Shown one piece after another: positions 53,226-64,000 of a stretch of DNA of 64,000 bases. The stretch comes from Alphaproteobacteria bacterium (lineage in GTDB: Bacteria; Pseudomonadota; Alphaproteobacteria; CADEGL01): NCBI GenBank assembly GCA_050180485.1, contig JBFXED010000019.1, positions 13,540-77,539 of the forward strand. Reading direction: 5' to 3'. Position 1 is the first letter of the stretch, and each line of letters begins with the position of its first letter. The position numbers and the translations under genes were made by a program. The notes below the pieces were generated by a model, which was not told the DNA's origin, made no database searches, and saw nothing but the letters and a program-made list of their open reading frames with translations.

Positions 53226-53996
53226 CTAGTCCTTCTCCGGCATCATGTAATTGAGCGCGAGGCGCCCGCCGTCGACGTAGATCTGCTGGCCGGTCAGGTA
53301 GCTGGCGTCGTCGGAGGCCAGGAAGGCGGCCACGGCGGCCACCTCCTCGGGCTCGGCCATGCGGCGCAGCGCGGTGCGCGATTCGCGGATCTTGCGCTTG
53401 GCGGGATCGGCCATCACCGCGGCCTCCATCGCCGTCTTGGTCGGGCCGGGCCCGATGGCACAGACGCGGATGCCGTGATCGGCCAGAGAGATCGCCATCA
53501 CCTTGGTGAGAAGCAGCACCGCGCCCTTGCTGACCGGATAGGGTACCGAGCCGTGTTGCACCAGGACCGAGTTCACCGAACCGATGTTGATGATGACGCC
53601 GCCGTTGCCGCAGGCGATCATGCGCTTGGCCGCGGCCTGGCCGGTCAGGAACACGCCCTTCACATTGATCGCCATCACGCGGTCCCAATCGGCCTCGGTC
53701 ACGTCGAGGAAATCCGCATGGCTTGAGATGCCCGCGTTGGCGATACAACTGTCCAGCCGGCCAAATTTCTTGACCGCCGCGTCCATCAGCGCCTCGACCT
53801 CGGCCTTCTTGGTCACGTCGCAGCGGACGTAGAAGGCGTTGTCGGCACCCAGCGTCTTGACCGCTTCGCCGCCCTCCTTGTCGAGCAGGTCGCCGATCAC
53901 GACCTTGGCGCCCTCCTTCACGAAGCGCGTGGCATAGGCCAGGCCGATTCCGCGCGCGCCGCCCGTGATGACCGCCACTTTGTCTTTCAGCCGCAT
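53226..53996 (-). CDS. Classical SDR oxidoreductase (array copy 2)
   Basis: TGGARGIG, NAG, YPVSK, GGRLALNYMMPEKD; start trimmed to 53996. Confidence 0.93.
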   Translation of the reverse strand: MRLKDKVAVITGGARGIGLAYATRFVKEGAKVVIGDLLDKEGGEAVKTLGADNAFYVRCDVTKKAEVEALMDAAVKKFGRLDSCIANAGISSHADFLDVTEADWDRVMAINVKGVFLTGQAAAKRMIACGNGGVIINIGSVNSVLVQHGSVPYPVSKGAVLLLTKVMAISLADHGIRVCAIGPGPTKTAMEAAVMADPAKRKIRESRTALRRMAEPEEVAAVAAFLASDDASYLTGQQIYVDGGRLALNYMMPEKD

Positions 53997-54103
53997 GAAA
54001 ATCCTCGTCGAAAGCCGGTGAGAAACTACGCTCTTCGCTCTAGCAAGCGGGCCGATCGTACGCAATGGACTGCAATCGGCATGCACATCTTCGGCGACGC
54101 CGC

Positions 54104-54190
54104 TCAATCCTTCTCCAACATCATGTCGTTGAGCGCCAGGCGGCCGTCCTCGGCGCGGATGGTCCGGCCGATGACGTCGCTGGAATCGGG
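54104..54190 (-). pseudogene. Remnant 3' end of a fourth SDR copy
   Basis: Translates to PDSSDVIGRTIRAEDGRLALNDMMLEKD*, versus DDASYITGQTIYAEGGRLALNYMMPEK in the neighbours. Confidence 0.8.
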
Positions 54191-54193
54191 CAA

Positions 54194-54724
54194 CTAGGGC
54201 TCCCCTGCCGGCGCGGCGTCACCGCGAGGACCGAATCGGATAAGCCATAGCCACGCGCGAAACTGGCTGACGATCAGGGGCGCGAAGATGGCGGCCACGA
54301 CCAGCGTGCCCTTGACGGGCATGTCGTCGAAATAGCCGCGCAAAAGCCTCCCCGCCCCCATCGCGAGAACCGACGCTGGAAACGCGAGCAACGTCCACAG
54401 CCGTTCCTTCGCGTAACGGCAGATGATGCCGAAAAGAGTCATACAGACGAGATACTCGGCGATCAGGGCGTAATCGGCCGGCTCGATCTCGCCGTGATAC
54501 AAGCCCAACACCAGCTCGGCGGCTATGTAGAGCGCCAGAAAGAAGGAATATCCCGGGATGTCTCGCGCGAGCGTGCGCGCCGAAATTTCATCGATGCCGG
54601 GCCAGACATAGTCGCGCAGCGTACCGAGCACGGTAAGCCGCCCGCGCTCCTTGCCGGACGAACGTGCGTTCGCGCAGATCCACCAGACGAGAAACAGAAT
54701 GATGACGATGTCGATCGCATCCAT
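54194..54724 (-). CDS. Hypothetical multi-pass membrane protein
   Basis: 176-aa ORF with about 5 hydrophobic segments. Confidence 0.65.
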   Translation of the reverse strand: MDAIDIVIILFLVWWICANARSSGKERGRLTVLGTLRDYVWPGIDEISARTLARDIPGYSFFLALYIAAELVLGLYHGEIEPADYALIAEYLVCMTLFGIICRYAKERLWTLLAFPASVLAMGAGRLLRGYFDDMPVKGTLVVAAIFAPLIVSQFRAWLWLIRFGPRGDAAPAGEP

Positions 54725-54784
54725 CAGATGCGTCGATCGCGAACCGGGCGCGGTCGGGCCGTCTGCGGTTGCGTCATGGTCCCG

Positions 54785-55561
54785 TCACTTCTCCGGCATC
54801 ATGTAGTTGAGCGCCAGGCGGCCGCCCTCGGCGTAGATGGTCTGGCCGGTAATATAGCTGGCGTCGTCGGAGGCCAGGAAGGCCGCCACGCCCGCGATCT
54901 CCTCGACCTCGGCCGGGCGGCGCAGCGCCGTGCGCAGGCCGACGTTCTTCATGAAGGTGGGGTGATTCTTGATCACTTCGTCCAGCATCTCGGTGCGTGT
55001 CGGACCCGGGCCGATGGCGACGACACGGATGCCGTTATCGGCCAGCGAGATGGCCATCACCTTGGTCAGCAGGTTCACGGCGCCCTTGCTGACCGGATAG
55101 GTCACCTGGCCGTGCTGCACCACGATCGCGTTCGTAGATGCGATGTTGATGATCACGCCCTTGCGCTTGCCCGCGATCATGGCCTTGGCCGCGGATTGGC
55201 CGGTCAGGAACACGCCCTTCACGTTCACCGCCATGACGCGGTCGAAATCGTCTTCCTTCAGCTCCAGGAAGCCGCCGTCGTTCACGATGCCCGCGTTGGC
55301 GATGCAGACATCCACGTGGCCGAATTTCTTCACGGCCGCGTCGAACAGGGCATCGACCTCGGCTTTCTTGGTCACGTCGCAATGGACGTAGAGCGCCTTG
55401 CCGCCCTGCTTCTCCAATTCGGTCACCGCCGCCGCGCCGGCCTTGTCATCCACATCGCCGATCACGACCGGCGCGCCTTCCTTCACGAAACGGCGGCCAT
55501 ATGCCAGGCCGATACCCTTCGCGCCGCCGGTGATGACGGTCACTCGATCCTTTAGCTTCAT
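54785..55561 (-). CDS. Classical SDR oxidoreductase (array copy 3)
   Basis: TGGAKGIG, NAG, YPVSK, GGRLALNYMMPEK. Confidence 0.93.
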   Translation of the reverse strand: MKLKDRVTVITGGAKGIGLAYGRRFVKEGAPVVIGDVDDKAGAAAVTELEKQGGKALYVHCDVTKKAEVDALFDAAVKKFGHVDVCIANAGIVNDGGFLELKEDDFDRVMAVNVKGVFLTGQSAAKAMIAGKRKGVIINIASTNAIVVQHGQVTYPVSKGAVNLLTKVMAISLADNGIRVVAIGPGPTRTEMLDEVIKNHPTFMKNVGLRTALRRPAEVEEIAGVAAFLASDDASYITGQTIYAEGGRLALNYMMPEK

Positions 55562-55630
55562 AACGATTCCTTTGCGATGGCGCGCGGACGCAGAACGCGC
55601 CGCTCCGATTGTCGGAATGAGGACGGAACT

Positions 55631-57130
55631 CTAGAGGGATACGATCACGGACTTCACTTCGGTGTAGAGGTGCAGGCCTTCGTGGCCTTTCTCGCGCCCC
55701 CAGCCCGATTGCTTGAAGCCGCCGGTGGGCAAGGCCGCATCGACGTTGCCGTGCGTGTTGATGCCGATGCGTCCGGCCCGGATGCGTTGCGCCATCTTGT
55801 GGGCGATGCTGATGTTCTGCGTCCAGATGCTGCCGGCGAGCCCATAGATCGAATCGTTGGCCTGCTTGGCGATCCGCTCCAGGTCGTCGTCGTCGAAACT
55901 CATGGCGCAGAGAACCGGCCCGAAGATCTCCTCGCGCACGACCGACATGTCGGGTTTCGTATCGGTCAAAATCGTTGGCGCGACGAAGTAGCCCTCGTCG
56001 CCGACGCGCGTCCCGCCGGCCGCGACCGTGGCCCCGGCGGCCCGGCCTTGGTCGACGTATCCCATCACCCGTTCCATCTGCGTCTGGGAAATCACGGGCC
56101 CCATCTGGGAGCCGTCGGTCAATCCGTGCCCGATGCGAATCTGGCTCGCTTGCTGCACGATCCCATCGACCATTTTGTCGAACACTTTCTTGTGCGCGAA
56201 AAGCCGCGAACCCGCGGTGCAGACCTGACCCGAATTCGCGAAGATGGCCTGCGTCGCTCCGGGGATCGCAACGGACATATCGGCATCCGGGAAGACGATG
56301 ACGGGCGACTTTCCGCCCAACTCGAGCGACACCTTCTTCAGATTCCCCGCCGCGGCATGGACGATGATGCGGCCGACTTCGCTGGAGCCCGTGAAACCGA
56401 CCTTATCGATGTCGGGGTGCGCCGCGATCGCGGCACCCGCCGTCGCACCGAAACCCGTGACGATGTTGACCACACCGTCCGGAATGCCGGCCTCCTGGAT
56501 CAACTCGCCCATGCGCAAGGCCGTCAGCGGCGTCTGCTCGGCCGGCTTCAACACAACGGTGCAACCCGTGGCCAGGGCCGGCGCCAGCTTCCACGTCGCC
56601 ATGGCCAAAGGCCCGTTCCATGGAATGATCTGGCCGACCACGCCGACCGGCTCGCGCACGGTGAACGCGTGAAACTGCCCCGGCGTCGAAATGCTGAGCG
56701 TCTCGCCGGTGATCTTGGTCGCCCAACCGGCCATATAGCGGAATAGGTCGGCGCAGCCGGGCACATCGCGGTCGCGCGCCGTGGCGAACGGCTTGCCGTT
56801 GTTCAAGGCCTCGAGGACGCCCAGTTCTTCCGCGTTCTGTTCCAGGAGATCCGCCAGCCGCCAGATCAGCTTGCCGCGCTCGTTCGGCGTCATCATCCGC
56901 CACGCCTTGCCCTCGAAAGCCCGGCGCGCGGCCTGAACCGCGAGATCGATGTCGGCGGCATCGCCTTCCGCGACCTTCGCGATGACCCGCCCGGTGCCGG
57001 GGTCGAAGGTGTCGAACGTCTTCCCGGACCGCGCGGGCACCCATTTGCCGTCGATCAGAAGCTTGTGTTCCCTGGCCAGGAACTCCGCCGCGCGCGGGCC
57101 GATCTTCGGATGAACGTAAGGCGCATTCAT
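55631..57130 (-). CDS. NAD-dependent aldehyde dehydrogenase (phenylacetaldehyde DH/DhaS-like)
   Basis: IPWNGP, FTGS, LELGGKSP, GQVCTAGSR, EEIFGPV. Confidence 0.95.
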   Translation of the reverse strand: MNAPYVHPKIGPRAAEFLAREHKLLIDGKWVPARSGKTFDTFDPGTGRVIAKVAEGDAADIDLAVQAARRAFEGKAWRMMTPNERGKLIWRLADLLEQNAEELGVLEALNNGKPFATARDRDVPGCADLFRYMAGWATKITGETLSISTPGQFHAFTVREPVGVVGQIIPWNGPLAMATWKLAPALATGCTVVLKPAEQTPLTALRMGELIQEAGIPDGVVNIVTGFGATAGAAIAAHPDIDKVGFTGSSEVGRIIVHAAAGNLKKVSLELGGKSPVIVFPDADMSVAIPGATQAIFANSGQVCTAGSRLFAHKKVFDKMVDGIVQQASQIRIGHGLTDGSQMGPVISQTQMERVMGYVDQGRAAGATVAAGGTRVGDEGYFVAPTILTDTKPDMSVVREEIFGPVLCAMSFDDDDLERIAKQANDSIYGLAGSIWTQNISIAHKMAQRIRAGRIGINTHGNVDAALPTGGFKQSGWGREKGHEGLHLYTEVKSVIVSL

Positions 57131-57401
57131 GGACCTGCTCCGCCTTTTTCCATTGCTCTATTCAGGGCAAATGTAAGCGATCGATTTCGGGATATCCAAC
57201 GCACTATGGCACGTTTATTTCAGGGGTCCGGCAGCACGGTTACGCGCCAACTGTTCACCGGAGTGCCGTCGGGCAGCTGGTGCGTGTGCTGGCCGATGGG
57301 GAATTGGAAGAAACCGCTGTAAGCGAAGCCATAGACCGACGCGATGTCTGCGAGATCCGCGCGCGGCTGAACGCCATTCCCCCTTGCGCTCAACCCGCTT
57401 T

Positions 57402-57959
57402 CTAAAGATCGACGATAAGAAGCGTCGCCGCTGTTTCGCCGGTTCGGAACAAGCGCTCCTGCGGCGCCACCAACGTATCGCCGGCCTCCAGCGTTTCAGA
57501 TTGCACCATGATCGTGCCGGCCGCGCAATGAACCGCCGCCGGGCGGCGCGGCACCTCGGCTTGGTGATGGCCGGCGATCGTAAGGCTGGTAACCGCGCCC
57601 ACCATGCGCGCGCGATTGAAGATGAGGTTGAACGCGCGCGACGGCCCTCCGGCCAACGTGCAATGGGTTGGTCTATCGCCGGGGAAATGGGCGGGCACGA
57701 GTGGATTGCAGCGGAGCGGCGGCAGGTCGTCAATTTTCAGATCGACCGGGTTCTTCCCGACCAACGTGAAGATGCGATCGCATCCTTCGTAGTGGGAGAA
57801 CGCGGCGTCCTCCACCAGCTCCGCGATGCTGATGAGCCAATCGCGAGAACCGTCGCCCGCCGTTTCATTCGCCACGTCGCGTGTTACGCCGCGGCCATTG
57901 GGCCAGGGTCTTGGCGCCAGGTCGCCGAAACGGACAATCGCGGGCTTAGCGTGCTCCAT
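57402..57959 (-). CDS. HutD/Ves-family cupin
   Basis: PWPNGRGVTR, WLISIAE, FSHYEGCDR, AFNLIF. Confidence 0.8.
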   Translation of the reverse strand: MEHAKPAIVRFGDLAPRPWPNGRGVTRDVANETAGDGSRDWLISIAELVEDAAFSHYEGCDRIFTLVGKNPVDLKIDDLPPLRCNPLVPAHFPGDRPTHCTLAGGPSRAFNLIFNRARMVGAVTSLTIAGHHQAEVPRRPAAVHCAAGTIMVQSETLEAGDTLVAPQERLFRTGETAATLLIVDL

Positions 57960-58070
57960 GGCGAACCCCGAAAGCGAAAAATCGTCGTTGCCTGGTTCCT
58001 CCCGCGCTCCGCCGCGCCGCGCCGGGACGGATCGGACAAGATTCTCAGGCAGACATGCGGGCGAGTCCCT

Positions 58071-59966
58071 TCACCCGGCGTAGCCGATCTTCTTGAGCGC
58101 GGCGGCGATCTCCGGCAGCGCTTGCGGGTCGTCGATGGTGGCGGGAGCCTTATAGGTCTCGCTGTTGGCGATCTTCTGCATCGTGCCGCGCAGAATCTTG
58201 CCAGAGCGGGTCTTAGGCAGGCGGCCCACCACCGTGGCCGATTTGAACGCGGCCACCGGGCCGATCTTCTCGCGCACCAGCGCGACGGTTTCCTTCACGA
58301 TCTCCTCGTCCGGCCGGTTCACGCCTGCCTTCAGCACCAGGAAGCCCAGTGGCACCTGGCCCTTCAACTCGTCGTTCACGCCAATGACGGCGCATTCGGC
58401 CACGTCGCGGTGCGAGGACAGCACTTCCTCCATGGCCCCCGTGGACAAGCGGTGGCCCGCCACGTTGATGACGTCGTCCGTGCGCGCCATGACGTAGACG
58501 TAACCGTCTTCGTCGATATAGCCCGCGTCGCCCGTCTTGTAGTAGCCGGGGAAATCGACCAGGTAGGCGTCCTTGTAGCGCTGGTCCGCGTTCCACAGCG
58601 TGGGAAACGAGCCCGGCGGCAACGGCAGGCGGATCACCAGGCTGCCCACATCGCCCGTCTTCACTTCCTTGCGGTTGTCGTCCAGCACCTCGACCACGTA
58701 GCCCGGCGCGGGCTTGCTGGGCGAGCCATATTTCACCGGCATCAAGCCGAGGCCCGCGTAGTTGCCGCAGATGGTCCAGCCGGTCTCGGTCTGCCACCAA
58801 TGGTCGATCACCGGCACCTTCAAGTGATTCTCGGCCCATTTGACCGTGTCGGTGTCCGAGCGCTCGCCCGCCAGGAACAGCGTGCGGAACTTCGAGATGT
58901 CGTATTTCGCGATCAGTTTGCCGTCGGGATCGTCGCGCTTGATGGCGCGGAATGCCGTGGGCGCGGTGAACAGCGCGGCCACCTTGTGCTGCGAAATCAG
59001 CCGCCAGTAAGCGCCCGCGTCCGGCGTGCCCACGGGCTTGCCCTCGAACAGGACGGTCGTGTTTCCGTGGGTCAGCGGCCCATAGACGATGTAGGAGTGG
59101 CCGACCACCCAGCCGACATCCGACGCGGCCCAGAACACTTCGCCCGGATCGACGCCGTAGAGATTCTTCATCGTCCAGTTGAGCCCGACCAGGTGGCCGC
59201 CATTGTCGCGCACGACACCCTTGGGCTGGCCGGTCGTGCCGGAGGTGTAGAGAATGTAGAGCGGATCGGTGGCTTCGACCGGCACGCATTCGTGCGGCCT
59301 GGCGTTCGCCGTCACCTCGGCCCAACTCTTGTCGCGTCCCGCCACCGGCTCGAACTTCACCTGCGGCCGCTCCAAGATGATGCAGCGCTTCACCTTGTGG
59401 CGCGCGATCTCGATCGCGCCATCCATCAGCGGCTTGTAGGGAATGACGCGATTCGTCTCGATACCGCAGGTGGCCGAGACGATCACGTCGGGCTTGCAAT
59501 CGTCGATGCGCACGGCCAGCTCCGCCGCTGCGAAGCCACCGAACACCACGGAATGGATGGCGCCCAGCCGCGCGCAGGCCAGCATGGCGATCGCGGCCTC
59601 GGGTACCATGGGCATATAGATGATGACGCGGTCGCCGCGCTTGACGCCTTCGGCCGCGAGCGCGCCGGCGAAGCGCGCGGTCAGATCGCGCAATTCGCGG
59701 AAGGTAAAGCTTTTGACCGTGTCGGTGACGGGGCTGTCGTAGATCAGCGCCGTCTGCTCGGCGCGTCCGCCTTCCACATGCCGGTCGAGGGCGTTGTAGC
59801 AGGTGTTGAGCCGGGCGCCGGGATACCAGCGGTAGAACGGCGCATTGGAATCGTCGAGCACGCAGTCCCAACGCTTGTCCCAATGAATCGCCTCGGCGGC
59901 CTCGGCCCAGAACCCCATCGGATCCTGGATCGAACGGCGATACACCTCTTCATACCGGCTGGACAT
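58071..59966 (-). CDS. prpE: Propionyl-CoA synthetase
   Basis: YTSGTTGQPKG, DHWWQTETG, KTGDAG, LPKTRSGKILR; start trimmed to 59966. Confidence 0.9.
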   Translation of the reverse strand: MSSRYEEVYRRSIQDPMGFWAEAAEAIHWDKRWDCVLDDSNAPFYRWYPGARLNTCYNALDRHVEGGRAEQTALIYDSPVTDTVKSFTFRELRDLTARFAGALAAEGVKRGDRVIIYMPMVPEAAIAMLACARLGAIHSVVFGGFAAAELAVRIDDCKPDVIVSATCGIETNRVIPYKPLMDGAIEIARHKVKRCIILERPQVKFEPVAGRDKSWAEVTANARPHECVPVEATDPLYILYTSGTTGQPKGVVRDNGGHLVGLNWTMKNLYGVDPGEVFWAASDVGWVVGHSYIVYGPLTHGNTTVLFEGKPVGTPDAGAYWRLISQHKVAALFTAPTAFRAIKRDDPDGKLIAKYDISKFRTLFLAGERSDTDTVKWAENHLKVPVIDHWWQTETGWTICGNYAGLGLMPVKYGSPSKPAPGYVVEVLDDNRKEVKTGDVGSLVIRLPLPPGSFPTLWNADQRYKDAYLVDFPGYYKTGDAGYIDEDGYVYVMARTDDVINVAGHRLSTGAMEEVLSSHRDVAECAVIGVNDELKGQVPLGFLVLKAGVNRPDEEIVKETVALVREKIGPVAAFKSATVVGRLPKTRSGKILRGTMQKIANSETYKAPATIDDPQALPEIAAALKKIGYAG

Positions 59967-60109
59967 GCGCACTCCCCGCGTCTTTTCCGGGCAAGGGATA
60001 GCATGGGCCGCGCTAACTTCAAAAGCCCGCCAGAACCGCAGCGCGATACGTTTAGAAATACGTCGGGGCGGCGCACCGCACGCCGCCCCGATCTTCCATT
60101 CGCAGAGGG

Positions 60110-62317
<2,208 letters not shown>

Positions 62318-62400
62318 TCATCATGCTCTAACGGTACTCTGGAATTATTCTAAAATATGAACCCATGTCAAGCGACCCCGACAAGGCCTACAGGAATGAT

Positions 62401-64000
62401 ATGACGAGCAATCCCTACGAACGCGACCTGGACAAGAACGCGGCCAATTATGTGCCGCTGTCGCCGCTGGGTTTCCTGGAGCGTTCGGCCAGCGTCTATC
62501 CGAACCGAATCGCGGTGATCCACGGCAAACGCCGCCACACCTGGGCCGAGGCGCGCGAGCGTTGCACGCGCCTGGCCTCTTCCCTCTCCAAGCGCGGCAT
62601 TGGCCTCGGCGACACGGTGGCGGTCATGGCGCCCAACGTGCCCGAGCTGTTCGAGGCGCATTTCGGCGTACCCATGGCCGGCGGCGTGCTGAACGCCATG
62701 AACACGCGGCTGGACGCAGCCACCATCGCCTTCACGCTCGAGCATGGCGAGGCCAAGATCCTGATCACCGACACGGAATTCGCACCGGTGATCGAAGCCG
62801 CGCTGGCCAAGATGAAGAACCCACCCTTGGTGATCGACATCGTCGATCCGTTGGCGCAAGGCGGCAAACGGCTGGGTGCATTGGATTACGAAACGCTCCT
62901 GGCCGAGGGCGATCCTGCGTTTGCATGGAAGCCGCCGGCCGACGAATGGCAGGCCATCGCGCTCAACTACACCTCGGGCACGACCGGCAATCCCAAGGGC
63001 GTCGTCTATCACCATCGCGGCGCGTATCTGAACGCGATCGGAAATATCCTGGTCTGGTCGATGCCGCAGCATCCCGTCTATCTGTGGACGCTGCCGATGT
63101 TCCACTGCAACGGCTGGTGCTTTCCCTGGACGATCACGGCGCTGGCGGGCACGCATGTGTGCCTGCGCCGCGTCGATGCGGCCAGCATGTACGGCGCCAT
63201 CGCGGATCACGGCGTCACCCACATGTGCGGCGCGCCCATCGTGCTGGGCATGATCATCAACGCGAAGCCAAACGAGCGCCGCGAACTGCTGCGCCAGGTC
63301 GAAGTGATGACGGCCGCCGCCCCGCCCCCGCCCGCCGTGCTGGAGGCCATCGAGAACCAGGGTTTCCGCGTCACCCATGTCTATGGCCTGACCGAGGTGT
63401 ACGGACCCGCCACGGTCTGCGCCTGGCATCCCGAATGGGACGCGCTGCCCGCGCCCGAACGCGCCGCGCTGAAATCGCGCCAGGGCGTGCGCTATCCGGT
63501 GATGGAAGGGCTGACGGTCGCCGATCCGAAAACGCTCGCGCCTGTCCCTCGCGACGGCAAGACCATGGGCGAAGTGCTGATGCGCGGCAACATCGTGATG
63601 AAGGGCTACCTGAAGAACCAGAAAGCGACCGACGAGGCCTTCGCCGGCGGCTGGTTCCACACGGGCGATCTCGGTGTCATGCACCCGGACGGCTATATCG
63701 AGTTAAAGGACCGTTCGAAGGACATCATCATCTCGGGCGGCGAGAACATCTCGACCATCGAGGTGGAGCAGACGCTCTATCGCCACCCGTCCGTGCTGGA
63801 GGCCGCCGTGGTCGCGCGGCCCGACGAGAAATGGGGCGAGACGCCCTGCGCCTTCGTCACGCTGAAGGAAGGCAAGAACGCGACCGAGGCCGAGATCATC
63901 GCCTTCTGCCGCGACAACATGGCGCGCTTCAAGGTGCCGAAGCACATCGTCTTCGGCCCGCTGCCTAAAACCTCCACGGGCAAGATCCAGAAATTCGTGC
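62401..64000 (+). CDS. AMP-dependent acyl-CoA synthetase; 3' end runs off the window
   Basis: Not in the ORF track (no stop). MTSNPYERDLDKNAANYVPLSPLGFLER..., YTSGTTGNPKG, YGLTE, FHTGD, IISGGENIS, LPKTSTGKIQKF. Confidence 0.92.
   Translation, partial: MTSNPYERDLDKNAANYVPLSPLGFLERSASVYPNRIAVIHGKRRHTWAEARERCTRLASSLSKRGIGLGDTVAVMAPNVPELFEAHFGVPMAGGVLNAMNTRLDAATIAFTLEHGEAKILITDTEFAPVIEAALAKMKNPPLVIDIVDPLAQGGKRLGALDYETLLAEGDPAFAWKPPADEWQAIALNYTSGTTGNPKGVVYHHRGAYLNAIGNILVWSMPQHPVYLWTLPMFHCNGWCFPWTITALAGTHVCLRRVDAASMYGAIADHGVTHMCGAPIVLGMIINAKPNERRELLRQVEVMTAAAPPPPAVLEAIENQGFRVTHVYGLTEVYGPATVCAWHPEWDALPAPERAALKSRQGVRYPVMEGLTVADPKTLAPVPRDGKTMGEVLMRGNIVMKGYLKNQKATDEAFAGGWFHTGDLGVMHPDGYIELKDRSKDIIISGGENISTIEVEQTLYRHPSVLEAAVVARPDEKWGETPCAFVTLKEGKNATEAEIIAFCRDNMARFKVPKHIVFGPLPKTSTGKIQKFV

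Noticed and set aside
57207-57222. TGGCAC sigma54-like element
   Set aside because: The -12 position reads TC rather than GC, and it points away from any plus-strand gene

Overview
High-GC alphaproteobacterial chromosomal segment (Rhodospirillales-like gene order), mostly housekeeping. I found no transposase, integrase, prophage, CRISPR array, rRNA or tRNA. It holds serC-serA; the ymdB-yebC-ruvCAB-ybgC-tolQRAB-pal-cpoB-tilS-ftsH-folP-glmM-thiD superoperon; zauP-zapA-6S RNA-ygfA; tkt-gap-(LysR/DUF1127 islet, no pgk)-fbaB-thiE; epmA/efp-suhB; and rpmE. The right-hand third is accessory metabolism: acyl-CoA enzymes, metY, a tandem SDR array, ALDH, prpE and katG. The most interesting features not explained by standard annotation are: (1) a multi-stem structured RNA plus intrinsic terminator in the metY leader; (2) a 63-aa miniature paralog of the AlaX tRNA-editing protein directly downstream of alaX; (3) a truncated class II aldolase-like protein lacking the Zn-His, in front of class I fbaB; (4) a three-copy SDR array with a fourth C-terminal remnant next to an inserted membrane-protein gene; (5) a head-to-head omega-like/LigE-like GST pair; and (6) a histidine-kinase remnant. 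All family assignments come from motif recognition by eye; no database search was run.
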